NCBI GenBank assembly: GCA_964635045.1
Contig: CAZWMJ010000002.1
Span: forward strand, 7,688 to 71,687
Reading direction: 5' to 3'
DNA: 64,000 nucleotides
Source of the DNA: an uncultured Gammaproteobacteria bacterium
GTDB lineage: Bacteria > Patescibacteriota > Microgenomatia > Levybacterales > UBA12049
Below, piece after piece: positions 19,285-27,002 of this stretch; the first letter of the stretch is position 1, and every line of letters starts with the position of its first letter. Both the position numbers and the translations under genes were made by a program. The notes beneath the pieces were generated by a model. It saw only the letters and a list, made by a program, of their open reading frames with translations, did no database searches and was not told the origin of the DNA.

Positions 19285-19310
19285 GAACCTATAGTATAAA
19301 TACTCCATAC

Positions 19311-19339
19311 TTGACACATATTGCTTTCTCATATACGAT
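19311..19339 (+). promoter_or_regulatory. promoter of 19346 gene, predicted leaderless
   Basis: TTGACA (19311-19316), 17 nt, TACGAT (19334-19339), then 6 nt to ATG 19346. Confidence 0.5.
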
Positions 19340-19345
19340 AAATTT

Positions 19346-20470
19346 ATGTCTGCTATTTCGGGTAAAAATCTGCTGATGTTAGGCTTTATTGTTGTACTTT
19401 TAGTCACAATACCAATTGTTGTCATCTTACTTAAGCAGCAACAGCAAACCAAAACCACCGCCGCCCCAACAACAACTCTTTCTTTTTCTCCATCTACCGC
19501 TACAGCCACTTCCGGAGCAATTGTTAATTTCGATGTTATTGTCAATCCCGGACAAAATCAAGTTTCTTTTGTAAAACTTGATATCATTTATGATAAAACG
19601 AAATTAGAAACATCATCAACGGGAACCTCGTGCGCAGATGCGCTCTGTCCAGCTACTGCATCATTTCCATCAACGCTTGAGGGACCAACCTACAATCAGG
19701 GAGAAATTCTGGTTAGTTTATCTGTAGGGGCTGATCCCACAAGAGTTGTCCAAACGACCACCAAAGTCGCTACCGTCACTTTTAAGACCATTGCCGTAAC
19801 GGGGGATACTCCGACACAAATTAAGTTTGGAAATCAAACGCAAGTCCTGTCAATTGCTACAGCCGATCAACCCAGTGAAAATGTCTGGATATCAAATCCA
19901 AATCCGGCATCAATAACTATTACGGGAATTACACCGACAGCCACCCCGGGACCCACCACTGCCAACCAACTACCGATCTGCACGGCTCTTAATATCGACA
20001 GGACGCCATCGGGAACAGCTCCATTTTCTATCACCTTTACCGTAAGCGGCAATGATCCTGACGGAACAATCAGTAAAACATCATTCAATTTTGGTGACGG
20101 GCCGGTACAGGATGTGACGCAAGGAGGCGGTATTGGCACAAAAACAGTCAGCGCTCAAATCGCTCACACCTATCATAATGCCGGTACCTTTACCGCCTCG
20201 GCCACCTTAACAGACGGCACCGGAGGTGTCAGTAACGCCGCAGCGGCATGTTCGCAGACAATAACTGTAACTGGGGGTCCAACCGGTACGTCTGGTACTA
20301 TCAGTCCAACATCATTACCAACTCCAACCTCTGTTGCAGTCCAAACTCAAACACCGACAAGCGCCGTTAATCCATCCCTAAGTCCGGGCCCCGAAGGATT
20401 GATCTTGGGCATTGGAGGCGTTGGAATCGCTTTAACAGTTCTAGGAGGACTAATCTTCTTAATTCTATAA
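19346..20470 (+). CDS. cell-surface protein with cohesin-like and PKD domains, N- and C-terminal TM helices
   Basis: 374 aa. The cohesin-like block runs FDVIVNPGQNQVSFVKLDIIYDKTKLE ... KVATVTFKTIAVTGDTPTQIKF. PKD block: FNFGDGPVQDV...HTYHNAGTFTASATLTDGTGG. T/P-rich linker, then the hydrophobic tail GLILGIGGVGIALTVLGGLIFLIL. Confidence 0.6.
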   Translation: MSAISGKNLLMLGFIVVLLVTIPIVVILLKQQQQTKTTAAPTTTLSFSPSTATATSGAIVNFDVIVNPGQNQVSFVKLDIIYDKTKLETSSTGTSCADALCPATASFPSTLEGPTYNQGEILVSLSVGADPTRVVQTTTKVATVTFKTIAVTGDTPTQIKFGNQTQVLSIATADQPSENVWISNPNPASITITGITPTATPGPTTANQLPICTALNIDRTPSGTAPFSITFTVSGNDPDGTISKTSFNFGDGPVQDVTQGGGIGTKTVSAQIAHTYHNAGTFTASATLTDGTGGVSNAAAACSQTITVTGGPTGTSGTISPTSLPTPTSVAVQTQTPTSAVNPSLSPGPEGLILGIGGVGIALTVLGGLIFLIL

Positions 20471-20482
20471 TCTAATTAATAT

Positions 20483-20513
20483 CACCCCAAACTTATCGTT
20501 AGCTCCTGCTTTT
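20483..20513 (+). repeat. left copy of ~30-nt direct repeat bracketing the TA cassette
   Basis: CACCCCAAACTTATCGTTAGCTCCTGCTTT compared with 21173-21200 CACCCAAACTTATCGGTAGCTCTGCTTT: one mismatch and two 1-nt indels. Confidence 0.75.
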
Positions 20514-20556
20514 TTTAACTTTTAAGTATGCTCAAAAATGCCTATTTATGCCACTA

Positions 20557-20603
20557 GACCCTGAGTTTATCGAAGGGTCAATACTGAGTGAAATTGAAGT
20601 ATT
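20557..20603 (+). repeat. two tandem hairpins of the GAG..TCGA-loop element family
   Basis: GACCCT-gagtttatcga-AGGGTC followed directly by AATACT-gagtgaaattga-AGTATT. Same loop design as TCCT-gagcttgtcga-AGGA at 41850-41868 and 53334-53352. Confidence 0.7.
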
Positions 20604-20629
20604 GACAAACCTAAGGAATATGTTATGAT
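20602..20629 (+). promoter_or_regulatory. promoter of the phd/relE-type operon, predicted leaderless
   Basis: TTGACA (20602-20607, overlapping the hairpin arm), 16 nt, TATGAT (20624-20629), then 6 nt to ATG 20636. Confidence 0.5.
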
Positions 20630-20635
20630 ATCCTT

Positions 20636-20929
20636 ATGCAATTAAGTAATATTTTAGATAAAAAATTTATAGGCACAGATGACTTTAGAAGAGATCTCAC
20701 TGATATTTTAAAGAAACTTTCCAAAGAAAGAGAGATGGTTATTACCCAACACGGTAAACCTAAAGGAGTACTTATGGATATTAAATCTTACCTTGAGATA
20801 GAAGAATTATATGAGCAACTAGCGGACTTAGATCCTAAACTAGTCAAAAAAGTCAATGCAGCCGTAGAAGATGTCAGAAAACATGGAGGTATTCCAGCAG
20901 AACAAGTCTGGAAGAAATTAGGTATTTAA
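20636..20929 (+). CDS. type II antitoxin, Phd/YefM family
   Basis: 97 aa. DDFRRDLTDILKKLSKEREMVITQHGKPKGVLMDIKSYLEIEE. Ends 1 nt before the toxin gene start. Confidence 0.75.
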   Translation: MQLSNILDKKFIGTDDFRRDLTDILKKLSKEREMVITQHGKPKGVLMDIKSYLEIEELYEQLADLDPKLVKKVNAAVEDVRKHGGIPAEQVWKKLGI

Positions 20930-20930
20930 C

Positions 20931-21191
20931 GTGTACCAAATTGTTTTTTCTAAAAAAGCCTTAAAATCTTTGAAAAAGATTCCAACACATTACCAAATCC
21001 AAATTAAGAAAAAATCGCAACAATTAAGTTTAGACCCATTTAAGTTAGACCTTAAAAAACTATCATCTGAATATACCGCTACTCATAGATTAAGAGTAGG
21101 TGATTATAGATTATTTTTGAAAATTGATTTTGAAAGTAAAACTGTTCAGATAGATGAAATTGAACGCCGCACCACCCAAACTTATCGGTAG
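20931..21191 (+). CDS. type II toxin, RelE/ParE family
   Basis: 86 aa with a GTG start. FSKKALKSLKKIP...HRLRVGDYRLFLKIDFESKTVQIDEIERR. Confidence 0.75.
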   Translation: MYQIVFSKKALKSLKKIPTHYQIQIKKKSQQLSLDPFKLDLKKLSSEYTATHRLRVGDYRLFLKIDFESKTVQIDEIERRTTQTYR

Positions 21192-21200
21192 CTCTGCTTT
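21173..21200 (+). repeat. right copy of the direct repeat bracketing the TA cassette (overlaps the relE stop)
   Basis: See 20483-20513. Confidence 0.75.
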
Positions 21201-21221
21201 AATGATTTAAATCATTAAAGC
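21196..21221. terminator. perfect palindromic hairpin between convergent genes
   Basis: GCTTTAATGAT-TTAA-ATCATTAAAGC (11-bp stem), between the relE-type stop (21191) and the stop of the minus-strand gene (21232). AT-rich with no clear U-tract. Confidence 0.45.
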
Positions 21222-21231
21222 AAAAAGTTAA

Positions 21232-21591
21232 TTAAAAATAATGCTTCTCATCCTGAAATCTATTTGGCCAAAAGTCTAACTGTTCTGGTGGAATATTTAA
21301 GGATTTACCATACTCAACAGCAGGTTGCCAACTAGAAGCATGCGTTTTTAGATGGAAGATTTTATTTTTAAATATCACTATTAATTCTTCATCATTATAT
21401 AAATGAGCATACCAAGGTTGATTTAATTTCATATTTTCTTGGATCTTGGAAATTACCCGATTTACTTTTCCGTTCTCCACTTCTATACCACAGAGTAACC
21501 AATCTCCATCTTGTTTTTTATTAAATATCTTAAAGAAATTTATAAAAGAAGGGTCTTTAAATTCCTGATCAATAATAATCCCGTGATACAT
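21232..21591 (-). CDS. hypothetical protein
   Basis: 119 aa with no motif I recognise. TGGTATAAT (extended -10) lies 9 nt before ATG 21591. Confidence 0.5.
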   Translation of the reverse strand: MYHGIIIDQEFKDPSFINFFKIFNKKQDGDWLLCGIEVENGKVNRVISKIQENMKLNQPWYAHLYNDEELIVIFKNKIFHLKTHASSWQPAVEYGKSLNIPPEQLDFWPNRFQDEKHYF

Positions 21592-21654
21592 ATTAGATTA
21601 ATTATACCAAACTCACGATTTCAGAATAGATAAAAATGCTTCTTGGGGGATTTT

Positions 21655-21680
21655 CCTTCGACTCACTTCGTTCGCTCAGG
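21655..21680 (+). repeat. GC-rich element copy (CCTTCGAC...CTCAGG type)
   Basis: CCTTCGACTCACTTCGTTCGCTCAGG, in the spacer after the lepA stop. Opposite orientation to the 20557 copy. Confidence 0.6.
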
Positions 21681-21698
21681 ATAAACCACCTCTTGCTC

Positions 21699-23483
21699 TT
21701 ATGATTTTAGGATGCTTAAGAAAGCCTCCTGTGGTATCTCTACCTTACCTATCATTTTCATTTTCTTTTTGCCTTTTTTCTGCTTTTCAAGCAATTTATC
21801 TTTTCTGGTTCTGTCTCCTCCGTAAAGTTTTGCTGTGACATCTTTTCTAAAGGGACTGATTGTTTCCCGGGCAATAATAGTCCCTCCGATGGCCGCTTGA
21901 ATAGCTATGGCAAAATTATGCCTTGGAAGAACTTCTTTTAATTTTTCTACCATTCTCCTGCCAAAGCTTTCCGCTTTAGTTTTCACAACAATAGTAGAAA
22001 GCGCGTCCACCTTTTCCCCACCTACCAAAATATCTACTCTTGCTACCTCCGCTTCCCTAAATTCCAAAAATTCCCAGTCAAGAGAAGCAAAACCCGAAGA
22101 AACCGATTTTAATTTATCGTAAAAATCAGTGATCATCTCTTGAAGCGGCATCTCAAACTTTAACTCCACTTGAATACCAAAATATTGCATATCCAAAAAC
22201 TTTCCCCTTTTGTCCTGAGTGAGTTCCATCACTTGACCAATAAAATTTTGAGGAACGAACACTTTTAAATTAACCCAAGGCTCTTTAATAATTTTGGCCA
22301 TAGGATCAAAATCAGCCGGATTATCAATAACTTTCTCATCCATCATATATTCTACCGATGGGGTTGTGGCAATCAAATCCACCCCAAATTCTCCCTGTAA
22401 TCTCTCCTGTACCACTTCCGCGTGCAGGAGTCCCAAAAAACCGCACCTAAAGCCAGTTCCCAAAGCCTGAGAATGTTCTGACTCAAAAGTGAAAGACGGA
22501 TCATTCAATCTGAATTTTTGCAGCGCTTCCTTAATATCTTGATACTTATCCTGCTCTATCGGATAAAGACCAACAAAAACCATTGGTTTTACAGTTTTAT
22601 ATCCGGGAAGCGGTACAGCAGTTTCTGTAGAAATAGTATCTCCCACCCTGACCAAATCCGGAATTTTAATTCCGGTGGCAATATAGCCGATTTCACCTGC
22701 TTTTAATCCATCGTTTGATGTCAATTGTGGGGTAAAAAAACCGGTTTCTAAAACTTGTCCCTCTGCATTAGTGCCCAAAAATAAAATCTTAGAGCCAGAT
22801 TTAGGAGTTTGTCCTTCAATAATTCTCACCTGTGCTATCACTCCCTTAAAACTGTCAAAAAAAGAATCGAAAATAAGAGCCCGCAGCGCGTGGGCGATAG
22901 ATTGTTTAGGCGCAGGAACTCTTTCTATCACCGCTTTTAAAACTTCTTCTACACCTTCCCCTGTTTTTCCGGAAGAGAGTAAAATCTCATTTTCATTAAA
23001 TCCAAAAGTTTCAGCCAGCTGCTTTTTAACTCCCGTAATATTAGAATTCGGCAAATCAATTTTGTTAATGACGGGAATTAAGGTTAAATTTTGCTCCACC
23101 GCAGCCAGACCATGAGCTAAGGTTTGGGCCTGAATTCCCGCTGTGGCGTCTACCAAAAGAATAGCCCCCTCAACCGCCGCCAAACTGCGGGATACTTCGT
23201 AGGAAAAATCCACATGCCCGGGAGTATCAATTAAATTTAGAGTATAGGGATAAGCGGCGAGGGTATAGTTAAGACGGACGGGAGCCAACTTGATTGTAAT
23301 ACCCCGCTCCCTCTCCAAGGCCAAAGAATCCAGTAATTGGGGTTTCATTTGAGAAGGCGGGACAGCATGACAAATTTCCAAAAAGCGATCAGCAAGCGTT
23401 GATTTACCATGATCAACATGGGCAATTATGCAAAAATTGCGGATAGATTTTATTTTTTCACGGATTAATTCTGGTGCCATCAA
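21699..23483 (-). CDS. lepA: translation elongation factor 4 (LepA)
   Basis: 594 aa. IIAHVDHGKSTLADR, DTPGHVDF and NKIDLP GTPase motifs, with the LepA-specific C-terminal region. Confidence 0.95.
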   Translation of the reverse strand: MMAPELIREKIKSIRNFCIIAHVDHGKSTLADRFLEICHAVPPSQMKPQLLDSLALERERGITIKLAPVRLNYTLAAYPYTLNLIDTPGHVDFSYEVSRSLAAVEGAILLVDATAGIQAQTLAHGLAAVEQNLTLIPVINKIDLPNSNITGVKKQLAETFGFNENEILLSSGKTGEGVEEVLKAVIERVPAPKQSIAHALRALIFDSFFDSFKGVIAQVRIIEGQTPKSGSKILFLGTNAEGQVLETGFFTPQLTSNDGLKAGEIGYIATGIKIPDLVRVGDTISTETAVPLPGYKTVKPMVFVGLYPIEQDKYQDIKEALQKFRLNDPSFTFESEHSQALGTGFRCGFLGLLHAEVVQERLQGEFGVDLIATTPSVEYMMDEKVIDNPADFDPMAKIIKEPWVNLKVFVPQNFIGQVMELTQDKRGKFLDMQYFGIQVELKFEMPLQEMITDFYDKLKSVSSGFASLDWEFLEFREAEVARVDILVGGEKVDALSTIVVKTKAESFGRRMVEKLKEVLPRHNFAIAIQAAIGGTIIARETISPFRKDVTAKLYGGDRTRKDKLLEKQKKGKKKMKMIGKVEIPQEAFLSILKS

Positions 23484-25116
23484 TAACCTCTTCGCTCTTG
23501 CCTAAAATCTCTTTCCAATTTCCAATTTTTTTGAAAAGCAGAATAAACATCATCGCCTCTTTCACATTGAAAAACCATGTGAGAAAAAGGTACAAACTCA
23601 ATCCAATTATACTCGAAATACCTGTCAAAAATAATAGATTTATTGTTCTGGTTGTATCAAAGACTAATTGATCAAGTAATTTAATCGGTATATACAACGC
23701 TATCCCCGTACATATTGTCGCTAAAGAAATCTTAATAAGCGGCAGAAAAAAAACTGTCTTTTTGAAACCGCCTATTTTATTATCCAAAAGCACCATCAAA
23801 ATAATAAAATTAGCCACACTTGTTACAGAATAAGCAATGGCAATACTTTCTACCCCAAAATGGTAATAAAGAATAAATATTGCGCTTAGCGCTATCATGG
23901 ATATTGTTGTTATTGTCCCTATAACAAGAGGAATTTTTGTATCGTGGAGGGCATAAAATCCACGATAAACAAGAGCTGTCAGCGCTTGGGCAAAAAGTGA
24001 AACAGAAAAGAAAGCCAGGGTTCTTCCGGTCAAAACAGTTGCCCCCCAATCAAACTGGGCGGCTCCATATATCAATCTGACAATGGGAATACGAAGGACT
24101 AAAAAAAGTACAGAAACCGGCAGAATTAAATAAAACATTTGTGTAAAACTGGTGATAAATGTTATCTTAAACTCTTCCGGCTGTTCCCGCTCTCTGGACA
24201 AAATAGGAAAAGCCGCTTGAGCAATGGTCTGGCCAAAAAGACCAATGGGAGCAAAAGCAAGAGTCTGTGCGTAATCAAAAATTACGTAATTTCTGCCGGG
24301 CGAGGAAAGAAAGGAAATAAGAATGACAGTGGCCAGAGATCCCAGCTGAAAAACGGCGATAGAAAGAGTACGCGGCCACATTAATTTTAGTATTTCCGAA
24401 ACGCCTTTTGAGGCAAACTTAAACGATGGAATAAAAATAAATCCAACTTTTTTGACCAAAGGCAATTGGAATAAAATAAAAAAAAGCGCTCCCAAAAGCG
24501 CGCCAACCACCGGAGCAAAAATCCCAAGTACCGAAGAAAAACCGACTATCCCTATTATGATTCCTAAATTGTAAAGGGAGGCCGCAATGCCCGGAACGAA
24601 AAAATGACTATATGACTGGAGAAGGGCGGAAAAAAATGTCCCCACGATAAAGAGAAATTGGCTAAAAATTAGAACTCTCATTAAGTTTGCCATCAACGCA
24701 ATCTCACTTGGAGAAAATCCCGATCCGAGATTTATCAGCTGCAAAAAAAATGGCGCAAAAATAAAAAGAATTACTGCTAGGAGAGAAAAAACAAGACAGC
24801 CTAACATCAGCAGTGCGGAAGCCACCCTATGAGCCTCTTCGTTTCTACCCTTTGCTAAATAATCGGAGAAGACCGGAATAAAAGAAGACGACAATGCGCC
24901 TGCAATAATAAGCTGGAACAACAGATCTGGCAGTTTGGCAGACGCTAAATATACTCCAAGTATATCTGATGGACCAAAAATAGAAACTAAAAGCCTTTGT
25001 CTTATCAAACCAAGTGTTTGGGAAAAAATGACAGTTGCCATAATGACAAATGCTGCGGAAAGAATGTTAGTCTGACGCCTTGATAAAATATCGAAGCCTT
25101 TTTGGATAAAATTCAT
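23458..25116 (-). CDS. murJ: lipid II flippase MurJ (MviN family)
   Basis: 552 aa with about 14 TM helices. N-terminal ...SQTLGLIRQRLLVSIFG is typical of MurJ. Confidence 0.85.
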   Translation of the reverse strand: MNFIQKGFDILSRRQTNILSAAFVIMATVIFSQTLGLIRQRLLVSIFGPSDILGVYLASAKLPDLLFQLIIAGALSSSFIPVFSDYLAKGRNEEAHRVASALLMLGCLVFSLLAVILFIFAPFFLQLINLGSGFSPSEIALMANLMRVLIFSQFLFIVGTFFSALLQSYSHFFVPGIAASLYNLGIIIGIVGFSSVLGIFAPVVGALLGALFFILFQLPLVKKVGFIFIPSFKFASKGVSEILKLMWPRTLSIAVFQLGSLATVILISFLSSPGRNYVIFDYAQTLAFAPIGLFGQTIAQAAFPILSREREQPEEFKITFITSFTQMFYLILPVSVLFLVLRIPIVRLIYGAAQFDWGATVLTGRTLAFFSVSLFAQALTALVYRGFYALHDTKIPLVIGTITTISMIALSAIFILYYHFGVESIAIAYSVTSVANFIILMVLLDNKIGGFKKTVFFLPLIKISLATICTGIALYIPIKLLDQLVFDTTRTINLLFLTGISSIIGLSLYLFLTWFFNVKEAMMFILLFKKIGNWKEILGKSEEVIDGTRINP

Positions 25117-25124
25117 AATCTGGC

Positions 25125-25153
25125 TTGTTTTTTACAGTATATCATGCTAAAAT
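25125..25153 (+). promoter_or_regulatory. rpsT promoter, predicted leaderless
   Basis: TTGTTT (25125-25130), 17 nt, TAAAAT (25148-25153), then 6 nt to ATG 25160. Confidence 0.45.
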
Positions 25154-25159
25154 ACGTCC

Positions 25160-25423
25160 ATGCCAGTAACAAAATCAGCCAAGAAAAAATTACGCAAGGA
25201 TAAAAAAAGAACGCTTCGCAACAAAAAGATAAAAGATCTTCTTAAAATTATTGTCAAAAAAGCCAAAAAGACTGCTCGCGAAAAAACTATACAAGAGGCC
25301 ATAAAAGCAATTGATAGGGCGTCTTCCAAGCATCTTATCCATAAAAACAAAGCGGCAAGACTAAAATCAAGCCTGTCAAAGCTCCTGATTAAAAAAGTAA
25401 AAAAACAAACCGCAAAAAAATAA
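25160..25423 (+). CDS. rpsT: 30S ribosomal protein S20
   Basis: 87 aa. MPVTKSAKKKLRKDKKRTLRNK... followed by ...HKNKAARLKSSLSK. Confidence 0.9.
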   Translation: MPVTKSAKKKLRKDKKRTLRNKKIKDLLKIIVKKAKKTAREKTIQEAIKAIDRASSKHLIHKNKAARLKSSLSKLLIKKVKKQTAKK

Positions 25424-25466
25424 CCTCTTTGACAAAAAGCAAAAATTCTCCTAGACTTAGGTTATC

Positions 25467-26006
25467 ATGCCCAATCAGACATCTTCAATAAATCTACTAA
25501 AAAAACAAGAAGTTAATTTTTTTGAAAAATTTATCAGTTGGGCTCTTACCATCGGACGAATTATTGTTATTATCACCGAAATAGTAGCGCTGTCGGCATT
25601 TATATATCGGTTTTCTCTTGATAGAAAGCTGATTGATTTACATAGTAAAATTAAGCAAGAGCAAACCATAGTCGGTCTCTCTAAAGCAAATGAGGAAAAA
25701 TACCGCAATCTTCAAGATAGACTTGCTCTGGCGGCAAAATATGATGAAAACGGAAAACAAACAGTGCAAATTTTTAAAGATGTCCTCAAACTGGCGCCGC
25801 AGGATTTTATCTTTGATACCGTAATAGTTTCTGAAAAAAATATCAGGATTGAAGCTCATGTACAAAGCGTCTTATCGCTGACAACATTTGTTAATCAGCT
25901 TAGAAACTATCCAAAAACAGAAACCGTAAGTATTGATAAAATAGAAAACAAAACTTCAAATGCAACAATTGTAGTTGTCATGACGGCGCTTATTAAAAAT
26001 AAATAA
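25467..26006 (+). CDS. PilN-like pilus/pseudopilus assembly protein
   Basis: 179 aa. INLLKKQ near the N-terminus, a single TM helix and a coiled segment. Confidence 0.5.
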   Translation: MPNQTSSINLLKKQEVNFFEKFISWALTIGRIIVIITEIVALSAFIYRFSLDRKLIDLHSKIKQEQTIVGLSKANEEKYRNLQDRLALAAKYDENGKQTVQIFKDVLKLAPQDFIFDTVIVSEKNIRIEAHVQSVLSLTTFVNQLRNYPKTETVSIDKIENKTSNATIVVVMTALIKNK

Positions 26007-26010
26007 TTAT

Positions 26011-26625
26011 ATGCAAATAAATAAAAGTCTTTTGAAGCTGTTGCCAAAAAAGAAATATCTGGAAATGCTACCCGACTTCAAACAGGAAAAAACACAAGCA
26101 TTTACCACGCTGGTGTTAACGCTTATTGCGCTTTCTATTTTTGTATTTTTTGCTATTAGCCCAACACTTTCCACCATCGCCCAATTAAAAAAAGAACTGG
26201 AAGACAATACTTTTATAGATCAACAACTGGTGCAAAAAATTGCCAATCTCTCTTTGCTTGGACAAAAATACAGTTTCCTCGCAAATGATATGCCAATTAT
26301 ACTTTCTGCTTTGCCTCAAAAACCGACTGTTCCGCTTTTAGCCGGTCAGATTCAGTCTCTTGCCAAAAAATATAACGTAAAGATAACAAGACTGCAATTG
26401 TTTCAAGTAGATATTTACCCACCAGTTAAAAATAGCGACAAAAGTCTATCTTTTGCCTTTTCTATTGAAAGTCAAGGTAATTCTTCTGATCTTTCCGCAT
26501 TTCTATCTTCGCTTGTTAACTTCGAGAGAGTTATTACCGTAGATACCATTTCCTTAAGTAAAGATTCCATCAGAAACGAACTACAAAAACTAAGTATTAG
26601 AGGCAGGGCTTATTTTAAAGAATAA
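26011..26625 (+). CDS. PilO-like assembly protein
   Basis: 204 aa with a TM helix, then a coiled coil (QLKKELEDNTFIDQQL) and an alpha/beta domain. Placement after the PilN-like gene supports the call. Confidence 0.45.
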   Translation: MQINKSLLKLLPKKKYLEMLPDFKQEKTQAFTTLVLTLIALSIFVFFAISPTLSTIAQLKKELEDNTFIDQQLVQKIANLSLLGQKYSFLANDMPIILSALPQKPTVPLLAGQIQSLAKKYNVKITRLQLFQVDIYPPVKNSDKSLSFAFSIESQGNSSDLSAFLSSLVNFERVITVDTISLSKDSIRNELQKLSIRGRAYFKE

Positions 26626-26633
26626 GTATCACT

Positions 26634-27002
26634 ATGAAACGTAATGATGTAATTTTTCTATTAGTATCAACTTTTGCTCTTGTCTTAGCTTGGATGTCAT
26701 TTAACATATACCATGCGTCTGTAAATTCAACTATCACTCCTGTTCAAAACATCCAGATTAAACCTATAAACCCAACCTTTGATATGAAAATCGTTGAGAA
26801 GATCAAAAAAAGAGAAAATGCGCCGCCAATATTTGAGGTAGAGAAGGGCAGCCAGGAACAAATTTCAACTCCTTCTGTTTTATTATCATCGCCAAATATA
26901 TCTTCACCAAGCGCAACTCCCACTCCTAATGTAACCCCCATTCCTAATGAACTGAAAATTGCAACATCGACAGGGAATATAATAATAAATCCAAATCCAT
27001 GA
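26634..27002 (+). CDS. membrane-anchored S/T/P-rich protein, unknown function
   Basis: 122 aa with an N-terminal TM helix. ATGA overlap with the next gene. Confidence 0.45.
   Translation: MKRNDVIFLLVSTFALVLAWMSFNIYHASVNSTITPVQNIQIKPINPTFDMKIVEKIKKRENAPPIFEVEKGSQEQISTPSVLLSSPNISSPSATPTPNVTPIPNELKIATSTGNIIINPNP

Noticed and set aside
19252-19545. 97-aa minus-strand ORF spanning the groES/19346 divergent promoter region
   Set aside because: It overlaps both promoters and the 5' end of the cohesin/PKD gene. The odd VCCCC composition comes from the antisense of a CAG/CAA run.
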